A program made the position numbers and the translations under genes. Positions 54,096 through 64,000 of a stretch of 64,000 bases of DNA are shown here, piece after piece (within the stretch, counting starts at the first letter, position 1; each line of letters opens with the position of its first letter). Below the pieces are notes generated by a model. That model was not told where the DNA came from and did not search any database. It saw only the letters and a program-made list of their open reading frames with translations. This stretch comes from an uncultured Nitrososphaerales archaeon (GTDB taxonomy: Archaea; Thermoproteota; Nitrososphaeria; Nitrososphaerales; Nitrososphaeraceae): positions 32,001-96,000 of the forward strand of contig CAVPXM010000063.1 in assembly GCA_963709405.1 (NCBI GenBank), read 5' to 3'.

Positions 54096-54436
54096 TGTAG
54101 CTAGACGCTATTAATGCCTATATCCACTTTACAGATTGTGCAACATCATTGCCATTATCCAGTAGAGTGGCACTAAGAACGAGTACTGTGTTAGCCTTCT
54201 CTCCACACCAGTTAACGTAGACGGAATGTATACGTTTAGTGATTTTACCTCTATGATCTCTATATAACTTGGATACACTTTTACGTAACGGTTATGCATT
54301 GGGTTAGTTATGTGAAAAATCGGAGTATGGAAGTGTACGAAGGCCTACTCGCTTCAAATATACAAGGAAAAAGACCAAAAGTGTAATTAGATGCGAATAA
54401 TTGTCAATTTACTAGATGTAAACCAACGGACAAAGA

Positions 54437-54629
54437 AACTCTCGAATAGGTTCTTAGGTCAAATTACAACGGTTCACCCTCGATATCTAAACATTACTTC
54501 TTTCAGGATGTTTCAATCCGATATTAGTCAAATTACAATACAACAACACACACACCCACAATCTCAGATAGGAGTGTTTCAATCCTATGTTAGTCAATTT
54601 ACAACCTCAACCACTTTTAGGATCGGTTC
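54437..54629 (-). CRISPR. Second orphan mini-array (same 30-nt repeat family as 6158-6306) bracketed by IS5-type ends; spacers 36 and 39 nt
   Basis: On the - strand: GAACCGATCCTAAAAGT, GGTTGAG, GTTGTAAATTGACTAACATAGGATTGAAAC (54576-54605), spacer, ATTGTAATTTGACTAATATCGGATTGAAAC (54510-54539), spacer, GTTGTAATTTGACCTAA, GAACCTATTCGAGAGTT. Confidence 0.8.
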
Positions 54630-54804
54630 CTAGATGGTCATGCATATAGTATTGTCTGCAAGTGTTTTGACTGCTTCAACTATGCGTGCCTTTACCTAAG
54701 CAACGAGGCCTATACACTTTGTCTTTCTTGCTAAATGTCTATACATGACTTCATAAGAAGCAGAAAGAAGGAATCTACATACCTAATTGCAGCCATTCTC
54801 AAAT

Positions 54805-56706
54805 TCACAACATATCATATTGTTCTGTAAATTCTCTAAATAATTGGTGTTTCTTTATTTGGTGCCGTTCTTCGGTACTTAGTAAGGCTGCAAGCGTTTT
54901 GACCGCTTCAGCTATGTGTGTACCATTGTTCAGCATCACACATTCTGCACGCTGGCCCATTATCGCATCAGTTATTTCTGCGCGACTCCTAAGGCCACTT
55001 TCTGTCAAGCTCTCTAGTATCTGGGTGGCTAATATGACAGGGATATGTGCAGCCTCGCACAAACATAGTATATCTTCCTGAACGAATGCCAAATTTTCAA
55101 ACCCCACTTCTACAGCCAGATCTCCCCTAGCAATTAAAATCGCGAATTTTGGCAATTCAAGTCCGGCGATAAGTATTTTAGCCAGATTATGGATGGAATC
55201 AACTGTTTCTATCTTTGCGACTATACCGAAATCAGGCCTGTTTAATTCAAACAGCTTCTTGCGTAATTCATCAATATCTTCAGGTTTTTGAACGAAACTT
55301 AATCCCACCATATTCGCATTATTGACAACAAATTCCAAGTTTCCAAGGTCTTCTTGTGTCAGTGCAGGCATTCTAATAGAAGAGTCTGGAAAGTTTATAC
55401 CTTTGTGCGACTTGATTTCAGCCATCACACCTTTTGGCGAAACGATTTCCAACTCAAGATATTGGTCATTCGATGACCTCACTATGGCTTCAATTTTTCC
55501 ATCATCTATGAATACCCTGTGGCCTATCATAACACGGTCGAGTACCTCTGGATGGGTACAACTAATGCCGGCAGGAGTACCATTTGCTTTATTAGCGCTG
55601 TGACCTAACTTTGCATTATCTCTGTAAAGGCGCAGCGTGTTTCCTGCTTCTACATTAATTTCAATTGCTTGTGCCGTAATCCTACCTATGGTAAATGAAC
55701 ATTTACTATCGTTTTCAACGGCACTGTTTGACTGACATTCTAATTTTATACCCTCTTTCAAGTATGCGGTGTGCTCCAGTCCAATCCGAACTTTGGTAGG
55801 ACTTATCCTTTCAAGGACCGTGAACGTGCGCAGCCGTTCATCCCTTGCATCCTTGAAGGTTATTTTCTGGCCTATCTTCAAACTACCTAACCCACCGTAT
55901 TCAATTTTTGATATTGCGATAACAAAGCTTGATGGTGTCCCTTCCAGACTGATTAACTCAGTTTGGCTTGCTTCACTGTCTAGGAACCCTTCAACAAATC
56001 GCACAGGGCGGCCGTGAAGATCCTTTAAAACGGAAATTTTTAGTGGACTAACTTTAAGCTCCATTGGACCCGTACGAATTTTTGGACCTCCTAAATCCAT
56101 TAGGATTATACATTGATGTCCAATTTCCTTACCACGTTCAACCAATCGTTGTTCTGCGATACGGATTGATTCGATTAGTAGCTTCCACTCCCTCTTCGAG
56201 TTGTGAGCACAATTAATACGAGCGATATCAAGACCGTTCTCGAGTAGCTGCTCAATTAGATCATATTGGAAAATATCTGAGGCATCAAGCGTTACCATAA
56301 TACGTGTTCTTCTTCCCTTCCCTGGAGATCCAAACAATAATTCAGTCCGATTACCCAACGTCAAACTACCCCATTGAGAAGTAACCTTACACAATTTGTC
56401 ATGTTTCGTAGGTGTTATTCCAAAATGTTTTAGAACTTGTTCGATACTGGTTAGTACATTACTTTCAATCATTCCTAAGGAAGAAAGGCCCTCTTCAGCT
56501 AATCGCAGCTGCAAATCTGACAAATCATGCTTTCTTAGTGCCAAATAGCACAACAGATTATCACGACTACATCTCTGTTCACTTCTATTTGACTCAAATT
56601 TGATCTTACTTTGTGTTTTTTCGGCATTTTCTATGGTGTTAACATAGAGCGAATGAAGCTCTCGACCAAGGTTTTCAAAGTCTTCACTCCGTTGGACTGT
56701 AGCCAT
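54805..56706 (-). CDS. pyk: Pyruvate kinase (long, 633-aa form)
   Basis: TRIMVT, ARINCAH, MDLGGPKIRTG, IDDGKI, KGINFPD, AKIE, ARGDLAVE, ATQILES, RAEITD. Confidence 0.9.
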   Translation of the reverse strand: MATVQRSEDFENLGRELHSLYVNTIENAEKTQSKIKFESNRSEQRCSRDNLLCYLALRKHDLSDLQLRLAEEGLSSLGMIESNVLTSIEQVLKHFGITPTKHDKLCKVTSQWGSLTLGNRTELLFGSPGKGRRTRIMVTLDASDIFQYDLIEQLLENGLDIARINCAHNSKREWKLLIESIRIAEQRLVERGKEIGHQCIILMDLGGPKIRTGPMELKVSPLKISVLKDLHGRPVRFVEGFLDSEASQTELISLEGTPSSFVIAISKIEYGGLGSLKIGQKITFKDARDERLRTFTVLERISPTKVRIGLEHTAYLKEGIKLECQSNSAVENDSKCSFTIGRITAQAIEINVEAGNTLRLYRDNAKLGHSANKANGTPAGISCTHPEVLDRVMIGHRVFIDDGKIEAIVRSSNDQYLELEIVSPKGVMAEIKSHKGINFPDSSIRMPALTQEDLGNLEFVVNNANMVGLSFVQKPEDIDELRKKLFELNRPDFGIVAKIETVDSIHNLAKILIAGLELPKFAILIARGDLAVEVGFENLAFVQEDILCLCEAAHIPVILATQILESLTESGLRSRAEITDAIMGQRAECVMLNNGTHIAEAVKTLAALLSTEERHQIKKHQLFREFTEQYDML

Positions 56707-57411
56707 CTCTAATGACTTCTATGCCAACTATTTGTTATGTCTTTTACTCAACGTATTTTCATCTTCAGGAATTTCCTAGTACCTAGTTCAGATCATCTGC
56801 ATCAATAACCAGAGTGTTTCCAATTTCCAAACCTACCTACTCAGGTTGGATCTCGATAATCCCATTTAATCCTACCATTCGAACTCTAACAGCCAGTTCA
56901 GAGTTATTAGTCCGAAACACTAGAACCTGTAAATTCCGATCTGGATGCATTCAAACTGAACATCGAATCATTCCTACCGTACCAAGCAACGCACCAAAAT
57001 AGGATACTTCTTACTACAAAAATTCCTTCAAATAACTTTCATCAAGGATTAGGTCATCGTACCCAACCTAAACTATCATCGCAGATTGTGATGGCACACG
57101 ATAGGTTTATACGCCTAAGCCTTGGGTGTTGTGTTCATGTCTTGTTAGTATTGTCTATAACCAATGTATCTTCGACTAACTGTTTTACAGTAGTGGATGC
57201 ATTCTTTTATTCTGTATTACTATGATTCAGTATATTTTATAATCAATTCCTCCCTAAGACATCTATCCTCTGTATTGGTGCTAATACACTCTCGATTATC
57301 AATGGCAATTGCATTCAATATAAATAATAAATGCTAATAACAATTTTACTATACAAGGCAGCACAGTGCAACACTGATAACTTAATTTTGTTTTAAATGT
57401 AAAATTCATAA

Positions 57412-57669
57412 TTGATAATAGAGAAAATGTTTGAAAGATATACATGGGTATGCTCAACATGCGGACAAGGCCTTACGAGAAAGAGTAGCGCCAGGAGACA
57501 CAACGATAATCTTCACTTTGGACAAAGCAGTATAATCAGACCAGTTGGAAGGTCAAATGGTAAAATCCCCCCCACAATTAATCCTTTACTATTCCAACTG
57601 CTATTAAGGTGCCCATTATGGCGAGTATCTTTTGGCGAAAGTTATTCAATTCCTATAAAAAAAAGATAG
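57412..57669 (+). CDS. Small C2H2-type zinc-finger protein, possibly truncated
   Basis: CSTC-x12-H-x4-H (WVCSTCGQGLTRKSSARRHNDNLH). Confidence 0.55.
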   Translation: MIIEKMFERYTWVCSTCGQGLTRKSSARRHNDNLHFGQSSIIRPVGRSNGKIPPTINPLLFQLLLRCPLWRVSFGESYSIPIKKR

Positions 57670-58408
57670 TTATAATAAAGAGTTGAAGGCATTTTTGATT
57701 AATGTTAATAATAACATGTTATTATTTATTTTATGTTAATTATTTTAATAATTTCAGAGAACTAAGTTCACTTAGTAAGTCAGCCGTACATTTACAGGAA
57801 GTGGTCGATAGAAAGGAGAACAAGAGGAGTTACCCGGGACTGCAGGAGACTCGGCAATCTCATGATCTCGCTGCATCTTTCATGCCCCAATTCATTTTGT
57901 ATTTTCTTTAAACATTTGTTAACTTGTAAAAGACGTATCTAGTAGATAATGGTATAATAACGAGAATTAGAGTTGTAACTATGCTAGCTTTTGAGATATT
58001 GAAACCAACAAAAATACAAGTACTATGATAATGATAAATGCAGTGAATAATATGCCAAATACCCTTTTAAAATTTACCTGTGACACAAATCTACCTATCA
58101 TTCATTGTTTAAAGTCTTTGTCCGAGCCAACACTCAAAGTCGAACGTTTTAACTATTTAAAAAGATCCTGATTGACTGAGATGAGTCAGATACCATCTTA
58201 TAATATTCGGTAATTAGATAAATAGATCAATCATATTGTCGAATCTTGATTTTGCAAATTTTTCAACTCAATCCTCACTAAAGGCAGAAAGGACAATACA
58301 TACAAATTTGCCCTTGCGAGATTCTTAGTTGAATATTCACACGAACAGAACAAATCAGATATTGAGATCAAGATAAAGAATAATGAAACTACTATCTAAA
58401 ATATTCTG

Positions 58409-58660
58409 TCATTGCCAAGCACCAGCTGCTGTTTCTTTAACTTCCATGATCCATTCACATTTTATTCCTATTTTCTGATGATTTTTTTCAACTGCATCTT
58501 TGCTTGGAGCATCCAATATACAATACACTCTGTCTGCTTCGGGATTGAAAAGAATATTCACATGGGTAACACCAAATTCATCTTTTGGTGATATTTGTAT
58601 TTGCTTTAAAGTATCCTCAGTAACTCCTTTCATAGGATGGACATCAAGGAATTTTGGCAA
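58409..58660 (-). CDS. DUF4242 domain protein
   Basis: MPKFLDVH...VYCILDAPSKDAV..H...I.EV pattern. Confidence 0.85.
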   Translation of the reverse strand: MPKFLDVHPMKGVTEDTLKQIQISPKDEFGVTHVNILFNPEADRVYCILDAPSKDAVEKNHQKIGIKCEWIMEVKETAAGAWQ

Positions 58661-59091
58661 TTAACTTTAGTTACTAAATTTTGTATTTAAGTTTGGCTAT
58701 TATTTTTTGATGTAGTTAAAAGATGTAGTAAAAAGACCGTGGTATATGCTTTGAAATTTGGTAAGGAACTACCACACTTTAAAGATCAGTTCCAGTATCG
58801 TGTTGATGAAATATACAGTCTTGAGTATTCAGGAGAAAACTAGGGAGGATATACTTATGCCTATCACCAACTAGACTTTCCATATTTGAGCCACTTGTCC
58901 TAGGCTAGCCGGTATGGCTTATTGTAACCAGCTTGGTCCTTGTTTGCGTATCATTTCATACGATCGCCATATGTGTTTATTTATTTCTGTATATCAACTG
59001 TGAAGCACCAGACGTTTTATAGGAGTTGTACCTGAAATCGCAGTTACAAGTGAGCCCAAAAATATTGCATCCGCTCTAACAATAATTATTA

Positions 59092-59553
59092 TTAATCCCA
59101 ACCAGCAATGTTCTTTTCTGCCATTATTCTTGTAGGTCTTGTTCGTACAAGCACTGCACCTTCGCTACTATTCCTTCTACTGTGAGCTTCAGCATTTTTC
59201 CTACCCATATATCGTTCTGCTATTTTACTGGCCCATTTTGAAACCTCTTTTTGGCTGTAAGTGTGTATTTTTGCACTTCCAAATATTGTTACAAAAGAAA
59301 ACGGTCGTGTCTGATCGTCTATACAATTACTTACCTTATTATTACGCTGAATATAGGTTGCTTTGACTGATGTGCTATCAGTGGTAAATATGTTATCTCC
59401 TATTCTACTCCTTCTTTTGCTATTCTCATTATCCACTACAAACCAGATTGGAACAACATGAGAACGTCCATCTTTTCTCAGTGTAGCGAGTTTTCCTGTG
59501 AATGTACCTTGCATAACAGATCTCGCAATTTCCTCTTTGCACATTTCTGTCAT
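59092..59553 (-). CDS. PPOX-class (F420-dependent) pyridoxamine 5'-phosphate oxidase family protein
   Basis: GKLATLRKDGRSHVVPIWF, KVSNCIDD, IAERYMG; several consensus residues look drifted. Confidence 0.82.
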   Translation of the reverse strand: MTEMCKEEIARSVMQGTFTGKLATLRKDGRSHVVPIWFVVDNENSKRRSRIGDNIFTTDSTSVKATYIQRNNKVSNCIDDQTRPFSFVTIFGSAKIHTYSQKEVSKWASKIAERYMGRKNAEAHSRRNSSEGAVLVRTRPTRIMAEKNIAGWD

Positions 59554-59843
59554 TGTTGTTATTATCTTATCTTGTTTGTTGAACATAATGTGTGTTCTTT
59601 CTTGTCCAAATTCCAGGATGGCTATTTCTGGCCGCTCATAGTCGGGCTTTTCTAATGTTGTAGGAAATGGATTATCTTTGTAAGTCTTTAAGCTCAGTTT
59701 GTATATTGTTGCAGCGGTTATCTTAAGCATTTTAGTTGGAAGAAAAATCGATTAAACCAAGATATAGTGTAATTCAATGACACCAAAGTCAAGTACTAGT
59801 AAGTCCCTACCGCTGAACAAAACCGAACCCTAAAATGACTAGA

Positions 59844-60053
59844 TTAGTTTTTGTCGTCTTTAAAATTAATTACTTTGTGCATACCATCGCGAAATGGCTT
59901 GTTAGTGGACGCACCACAACGACAAAGAGTATAATGTTCTTTTGATGCTCCATCTCCGAATTGTATATTGTCTCCAATCAAATCTATACCTCCAGTAATG
60001 ATAAAAGGTCCATCTTTAGAAACCGTAACCACTGGCGATCTTTCGCTACTCAT
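59844..60053 (-). CDS. CDGSH iron-sulfur domain protein, possibly degenerate
   Basis: LCRCGASTNKPFRDGMH; the third Cys of the CDGSH motif is Arg. Confidence 0.78.
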   Translation of the reverse strand: MSSERSPVVTVSKDGPFIITGGIDLIGDNIQFGDGASKEHYTLCRCGASTNKPFRDGMHKVINFKDDKN

Positions 60054-60200
60054 ACCTCAATAATGGTTGTATTTGTACTGTTAGGTAAATATCCGGTAGT
60101 CGACAGTTTTGTTGGCATTGTTTGATGTTATGACCTCCTGTTGACATGGCTGAAACTTCCATTGTATAGTAATCTTCAGTATTTGAACCCGTATACATAC

Positions 60201-60274
60201 TGGGCCCAAGGGGATTTGAACCCCTGGCCGACCGGTTATGAGCCGGTCGCTCTTCCAGGCTGAGCTATGGGCCC
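60201..60274 (-). tRNA. tRNA with CAT anticodon, most likely tRNA-Ile2
   Basis: GGGCCCA/TGGGCCC acceptor, ACCGG-CTCATAA-CCGGT; the GGGCCC start is typical of archaeal Ile tRNAs. Confidence 0.88.
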
Positions 60275-60330
60275 TCGGACAAAAATCTCATGATTAAGAG
60301 CATATAAAAGGGTTAACAATAGACCGTATG

Positions 60331-61022
60331 TTACCCGTTTGGAGCTTGTTTCACGTACTTTTCTTGTACGTCGTCAAGTATGCTATTCAAGCATGCCAAT
60401 GACGACTTTGATGCTAATAAAGCTTCCTCCTGTTCCGCCCTCGAATCAATAGACATCAAAGCTTCACGCCATATGGCAGCATGCTTGATATCAATTTCCT
60501 GATGGATGTCGAAGTAGTTGAGACATTTCTTGTCAGTTAATCCATAGAAATTTCGAAGACCATCTATCTTGGTATTACTAATTTTTGGAAGCTCTTTTTC
60601 ATATGCATACATCGCTCGGCACCTTGTGATACTGAGCTTTGAGTTAATTTTCTCATATCCTCAATGGCCTTGTTAGTTTTATCACTTCCTTGATAATCTA
60701 GCAGTGCCTTTTTCGATACGCCTAACGAGGTGGCAAAATCTATCCAAGGTTCGACATGATCGGATTCTTCTTGCATGCTGTTATTTAGCATCTCTTTAAA
60801 TGAGTCATTGGCAAAGTATGAGGCATTTGAAAGAGACGAATTCGTTATGATGTTCCCTACAAATCCAGGTATCGATTTTACTAATTGAAAATATTCCTTA
60901 GAGTATCCTTGAAGATGATTAATATGGAGCTCCCCTTTGGACCATAGCTGGTAAAATGCATGTTTTAGCAAACTCTTTCTTTCAATTTCCTGATCTATCC
61001 TAAATACAAAAGTGCTTTGCAC
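60331..61022 (-). CDS. TenA/PqqC/CADD-like heme-oxygenase-fold protein; frameshift near 60615
   Basis: LLKHAFYQLW, YSKEYFQLV, EESDH..W, YAYE, YFDIH.EIDIKH across two ORFs. Confidence 0.8.
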
Positions 61023-61133
61023 GTCAAGAACTTCAGCTTACCCATAAAAAAACTTTTTTGCATCAATAAATATTATTCTACATTGATAGTCTAAGAAACG
61101 ATTTTATGTGAATATATTTTACTTGTCGAACGA

Positions 61134-61256
61134 GCTCCGGTGGTGTAGTAGGGCATGTGTCTTCATGAACTAATAGACGACAACTAGCTGCACAATTCGG
61201 TCAAGCATTGTGGCCTTTCGAGTCGCAGATCCCGGGTTCAAATCCCGGCCGGAGCA
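61134..61256 (+). tRNA. tRNA-Glu(TTC) with a D-loop intron (~61150-61197)
   Basis: GCTCCGG/CCGGAGC acceptor, GTGGC-CTTTCGA-GTCGC, GGTTCAAATCC; an insertion of ~48 nt interrupts the D arm. Confidence 0.85.
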
Positions 61257-61358
61257 ATATATATATATTTTTCGCCTATAGAATTCGTTTCAAATATATT
61301 GTAAAGCATTAATAACCTCAACATTTCAACATAACACAAGGCAGGAAAGAACAGATCT

Positions 61359-62231
61359 TTGAACAGAAATCCAAGTGTAAATCCATTGATTGAGCTATTT
61401 AGCGACTATCTGTCCAAGATTGATGGTGCGTTGGAAAGAGAGATCGATCTTTATTCTTGGTCGGAATTCTATGCACCCTTACGATATGCATGCGACGGCG
61501 GAAAGAGAATACGACCACTCATTTTAGTTCTCTCTTCTGAATCTGTCAGAAATAGAGAGGTTGAATGTGATATCAAAATTGGTGAACCTACATTTTTGGC
61601 AGCATCAGCCATCGAGCTTCTACACACGGAATCAGTGATACACGATGATATTATAGATGAACAGAATACTAGACGAGGTTTGCCATCCTTTCATATTAAA
61701 TACGGATATAATAGTAGTATACTTACTGCGGACTTTGTACTTGGCATAATCCTAAACATAGGTTCAAAGATTAATAATCCTCGAGTGTCCGCAGAACTAT
61801 CTAATGCGGCCCTCAAGATGAGTGAAGGTGAAATGATCGAAATAAAACTTGGCAAGCAACCTGAAATAGACGTCGATGATTACATCAAAGTCCTTGAATA
61901 CAAAACTGCTTCTCTTTTCGAGGCCTCAGCAAAGATTGGAGCGATAATGGGTAATGGATGTGAGGATGAGATCCACGCACTTGCCTCGTTTGGAAATTTA
62001 CTTGGGATAGCATACCAAATACATGACGACTTGATTGATTGGAATAATGAGGACAGGCTATTTAATCTGTTAGCCAGGAAAAACGGACGGTCTGTAGAGT
62101 TTGTTAATAGTATGGAAGATATCTACTTCTCTTATTCTGTCAAAGCAAAGAACGAACTTCGAAAGATCAGGAATAGTATAACAAAGAACCATTTGGAACA
62201 CTTAACTGATTTGGCTGCGATCCAGAAATGA
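61359..62231 (+). CDS. Polyprenyl (geranylgeranyl-type) diphosphate synthase
   Basis: GGKRIRP, IHDDIID..RRG, KTASLF, AYQIHDDLID. Confidence 0.92.
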   Translation: MNRNPSVNPLIELFSDYLSKIDGALEREIDLYSWSEFYAPLRYACDGGKRIRPLILVLSSESVRNREVECDIKIGEPTFLAASAIELLHTESVIHDDIIDEQNTRRGLPSFHIKYGYNSSILTADFVLGIILNIGSKINNPRVSAELSNAALKMSEGEMIEIKLGKQPEIDVDDYIKVLEYKTASLFEASAKIGAIMGNGCEDEIHALASFGNLLGIAYQIHDDLIDWNNEDRLFNLLARKNGRSVEFVNSMEDIYFSYSVKAKNELRKIRNSITKNHLEHLTDLAAIQK

Positions 62232-62295
62232 TACTACAATTAAGGACTCGCCTGAATTAGTTTTAATACAGATTATCGAATGTCATAGTTCACAT

Positions 62296-63871
62296 TTAAT
62301 GTACAGGAATTAATAATTGGCCGGAATTAGTATTGATACCATGAGTAGTAATAACTGGCGACGGTTTTGATAAGCCTATGTTGAATGTGTTACTAAATGT
62401 AGGTACCGCCTTAGCTGCGAATTCAAGAAGAGGTGCGTGCCAAATTCCGAAACCAACCATAAACACGACAGCAAAGATCAATACCGCAACGGTGGCTCGT
62501 GGTTCCTTAACTCTAGTCATATCAGGTCCTTCTTCCATGTACATTTTTCTTATAATCCAAGCATAGTAAGCCAGCGACAAAGCACTATTAAGTACGCCAG
62601 CTATCGCCAAGTATGGACCCCATGGGACTTGAGTACCGCTATTAATCGCTGCGCCAAAGACCACCAACTTACTCCAAAAGCCATTTAGTGGAGGCACGCC
62701 TGCAAGGGCTAATAATGAAATCGAAAATGCTATGGCCGTAATTGGCATACGGTAACCAAGTCCTCTGTACCTCTCCAGACTATAGCTTGCTAGAGCAGTA
62801 GCGACTGCCGCAGGCAGCAATAAAGCCGGCTGATTTCATGACAGCATGATTCATAATATAAAATAGCGAACCTGTCAACGCTTGATCAGAATATGGTGCA
62901 AGTGCAAGACCAATCAAAATATAGCCTGCTTGAGCAATGCTTGAGTAAGCTAGAATCCTAGGAACGCTTTTCTGAACTAGTGCACCGAAGTTTCCTAGTG
63001 TCATAGTAAATACAGCTACCACAGCTAATACTAAACTCCAATCTGGATTTAGGACGAACATTCCCAGCACAATTACTCGAATCGCTGCCGCAAAGCCCGC
63101 CTTCTTGGTCCCAGCTGCTAACAGTGCACCTATAGTGGTAGGCGAACCTTCGTATGCATCAGGGAGCCACATATGGAATGGCACTAGACCCATCTTGAAC
63201 CCAAAACCAGCTATAAATAGGCCTACCGCTAGTAGACCAACTGGTAACATATCTTTTTGAATATGAGCCATCGCTTGGATCGATTGAGCAATATTCGTAG
63301 TTCCTGTTATTCCATACACTAGACCTATAGCAATTACAAGAATAGCCGAAGAAAGCGCGCCGAACATAAAGTACTTGATAGCGGCTTCATTGGAAATCGG
63401 ATCTCTTTTTGAAAAGGCTGCAAGTGCATAGGTTGGAAGCGACATTAATTCCCAAGATACAAGCAACATGACTAGATCGGTAGAATAAGCGATTAGTACC
63501 ATCCCTATGGTAGACAAAAGAATGAGAGAATAGTATGCCGCAGGGTTTGTCTTGCCCTTCATATAGTTCCATGAAGATACCGTTACCATAATAGAGACGA
63601 TTAAGAACGCAGTAGCGAAAAACGATCCAAATACGTCGTTAGAAAGAACACCTGGACCAAATGCCATACCTGGAATTACTTCCCCAGACAATACTCTAAA
63701 AAGGACAAATCCTATGGCAAAAATTAAGGTTCCAACAGAAATACCACTGTATAGCTTGTTACTATCACCTCTCTCTTTCCGTAATCCATCAATAACTGGT
63801 ATAGCAAGTCCTACTACTCCTAATACTACTGTAAGAATAAGTGGTGTTGATATTACTAGATCTTCAACCAT
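62296..63871 (-). CDS. nuoN: NADH-quinone oxidoreductase subunit N; frameshift near 62815
   Basis: EAAIKYF, FKMGLVPFHMWLPDAYEG, RILAYSSIAQAGY, LAGVPPLNGFWSK. Confidence 0.92.
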
Positions 63872-63887
63872 TTTTCAATATCTCCTG

Positions 63888-64000
63888 TTAAATCAAAAGT
63901 AACATGATGATGATCATGATACCGACTCCGAATACAAACAAATAAGTCTGCGTAATTCCTGTTTGAGCTGCTTTGACGATCTTGGAAAACGATGCCATAG
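63888..64000 (-). CDS. nuoL: NADH-quinone oxidoreductase subunit L, C-terminal fragment
   Basis: ...KAAQTGITQTYLFVFGVGIMIIIMLLLI* immediately upstream of nuoN. Confidence 0.75.
   Translation of the reverse strand, partial: MASFSKIVKAAQTGITQTYLFVFGVGIMIIIMLLLI

Noticed and set aside
54391-54633. 80-aa ORF with repeated FQS.ISQ.T motifs
   Set aside because: It is the translation of the antisense CRISPR repeats, not a credible protein.
56790-57110. Stop-interrupted protein-like remnant on the - strand upstream of pyk
   Set aside because: No family could be assigned by eye.
1-64000. cas, TnpB/IscB, integrase or reverse transcriptase genes that might serve the mini-arrays
   Set aside because: None of the ORFs shows the relevant motifs; any effector must be encoded outside this window.

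Overview
This is a chromosomal window from an ammonia-oxidising archaeon (Nitrososphaerota, probably Nitrososphaeraceae). The assignment rests on egsA, aCPSF1, Lhr, RPA, eIF5A, S3Ae, RNase P subunits, 4-hydroxybutyryl-CoA dehydratase and intron-containing tRNAs. Most of the window is core housekeeping genes plus five tRNAs, three IS elements (IS5, IS481, IS6), a ~3.8 kb poly-Ala/Pro-rich secreted-protein gene and an accessory region at ~53.5-60.2 kb. Several essential genes carry single indels, so the assembly is probably indel-prone. The most striking signal is non-coding. Two cas-less CRISPR mini-arrays 48 kb apart (6134-6323 on +, 54437-54629 on -) share one architecture: IS5-type end, 7-nt linker, repeat-spacer-repeat-spacer, half repeat ending in TAA, then a second IS5-type end. 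Their spacers are different. A third repeat-spacer unit with a different repeat family (54004-54095) carries a hairpin spacer homologous to spacer 1 of the first array.
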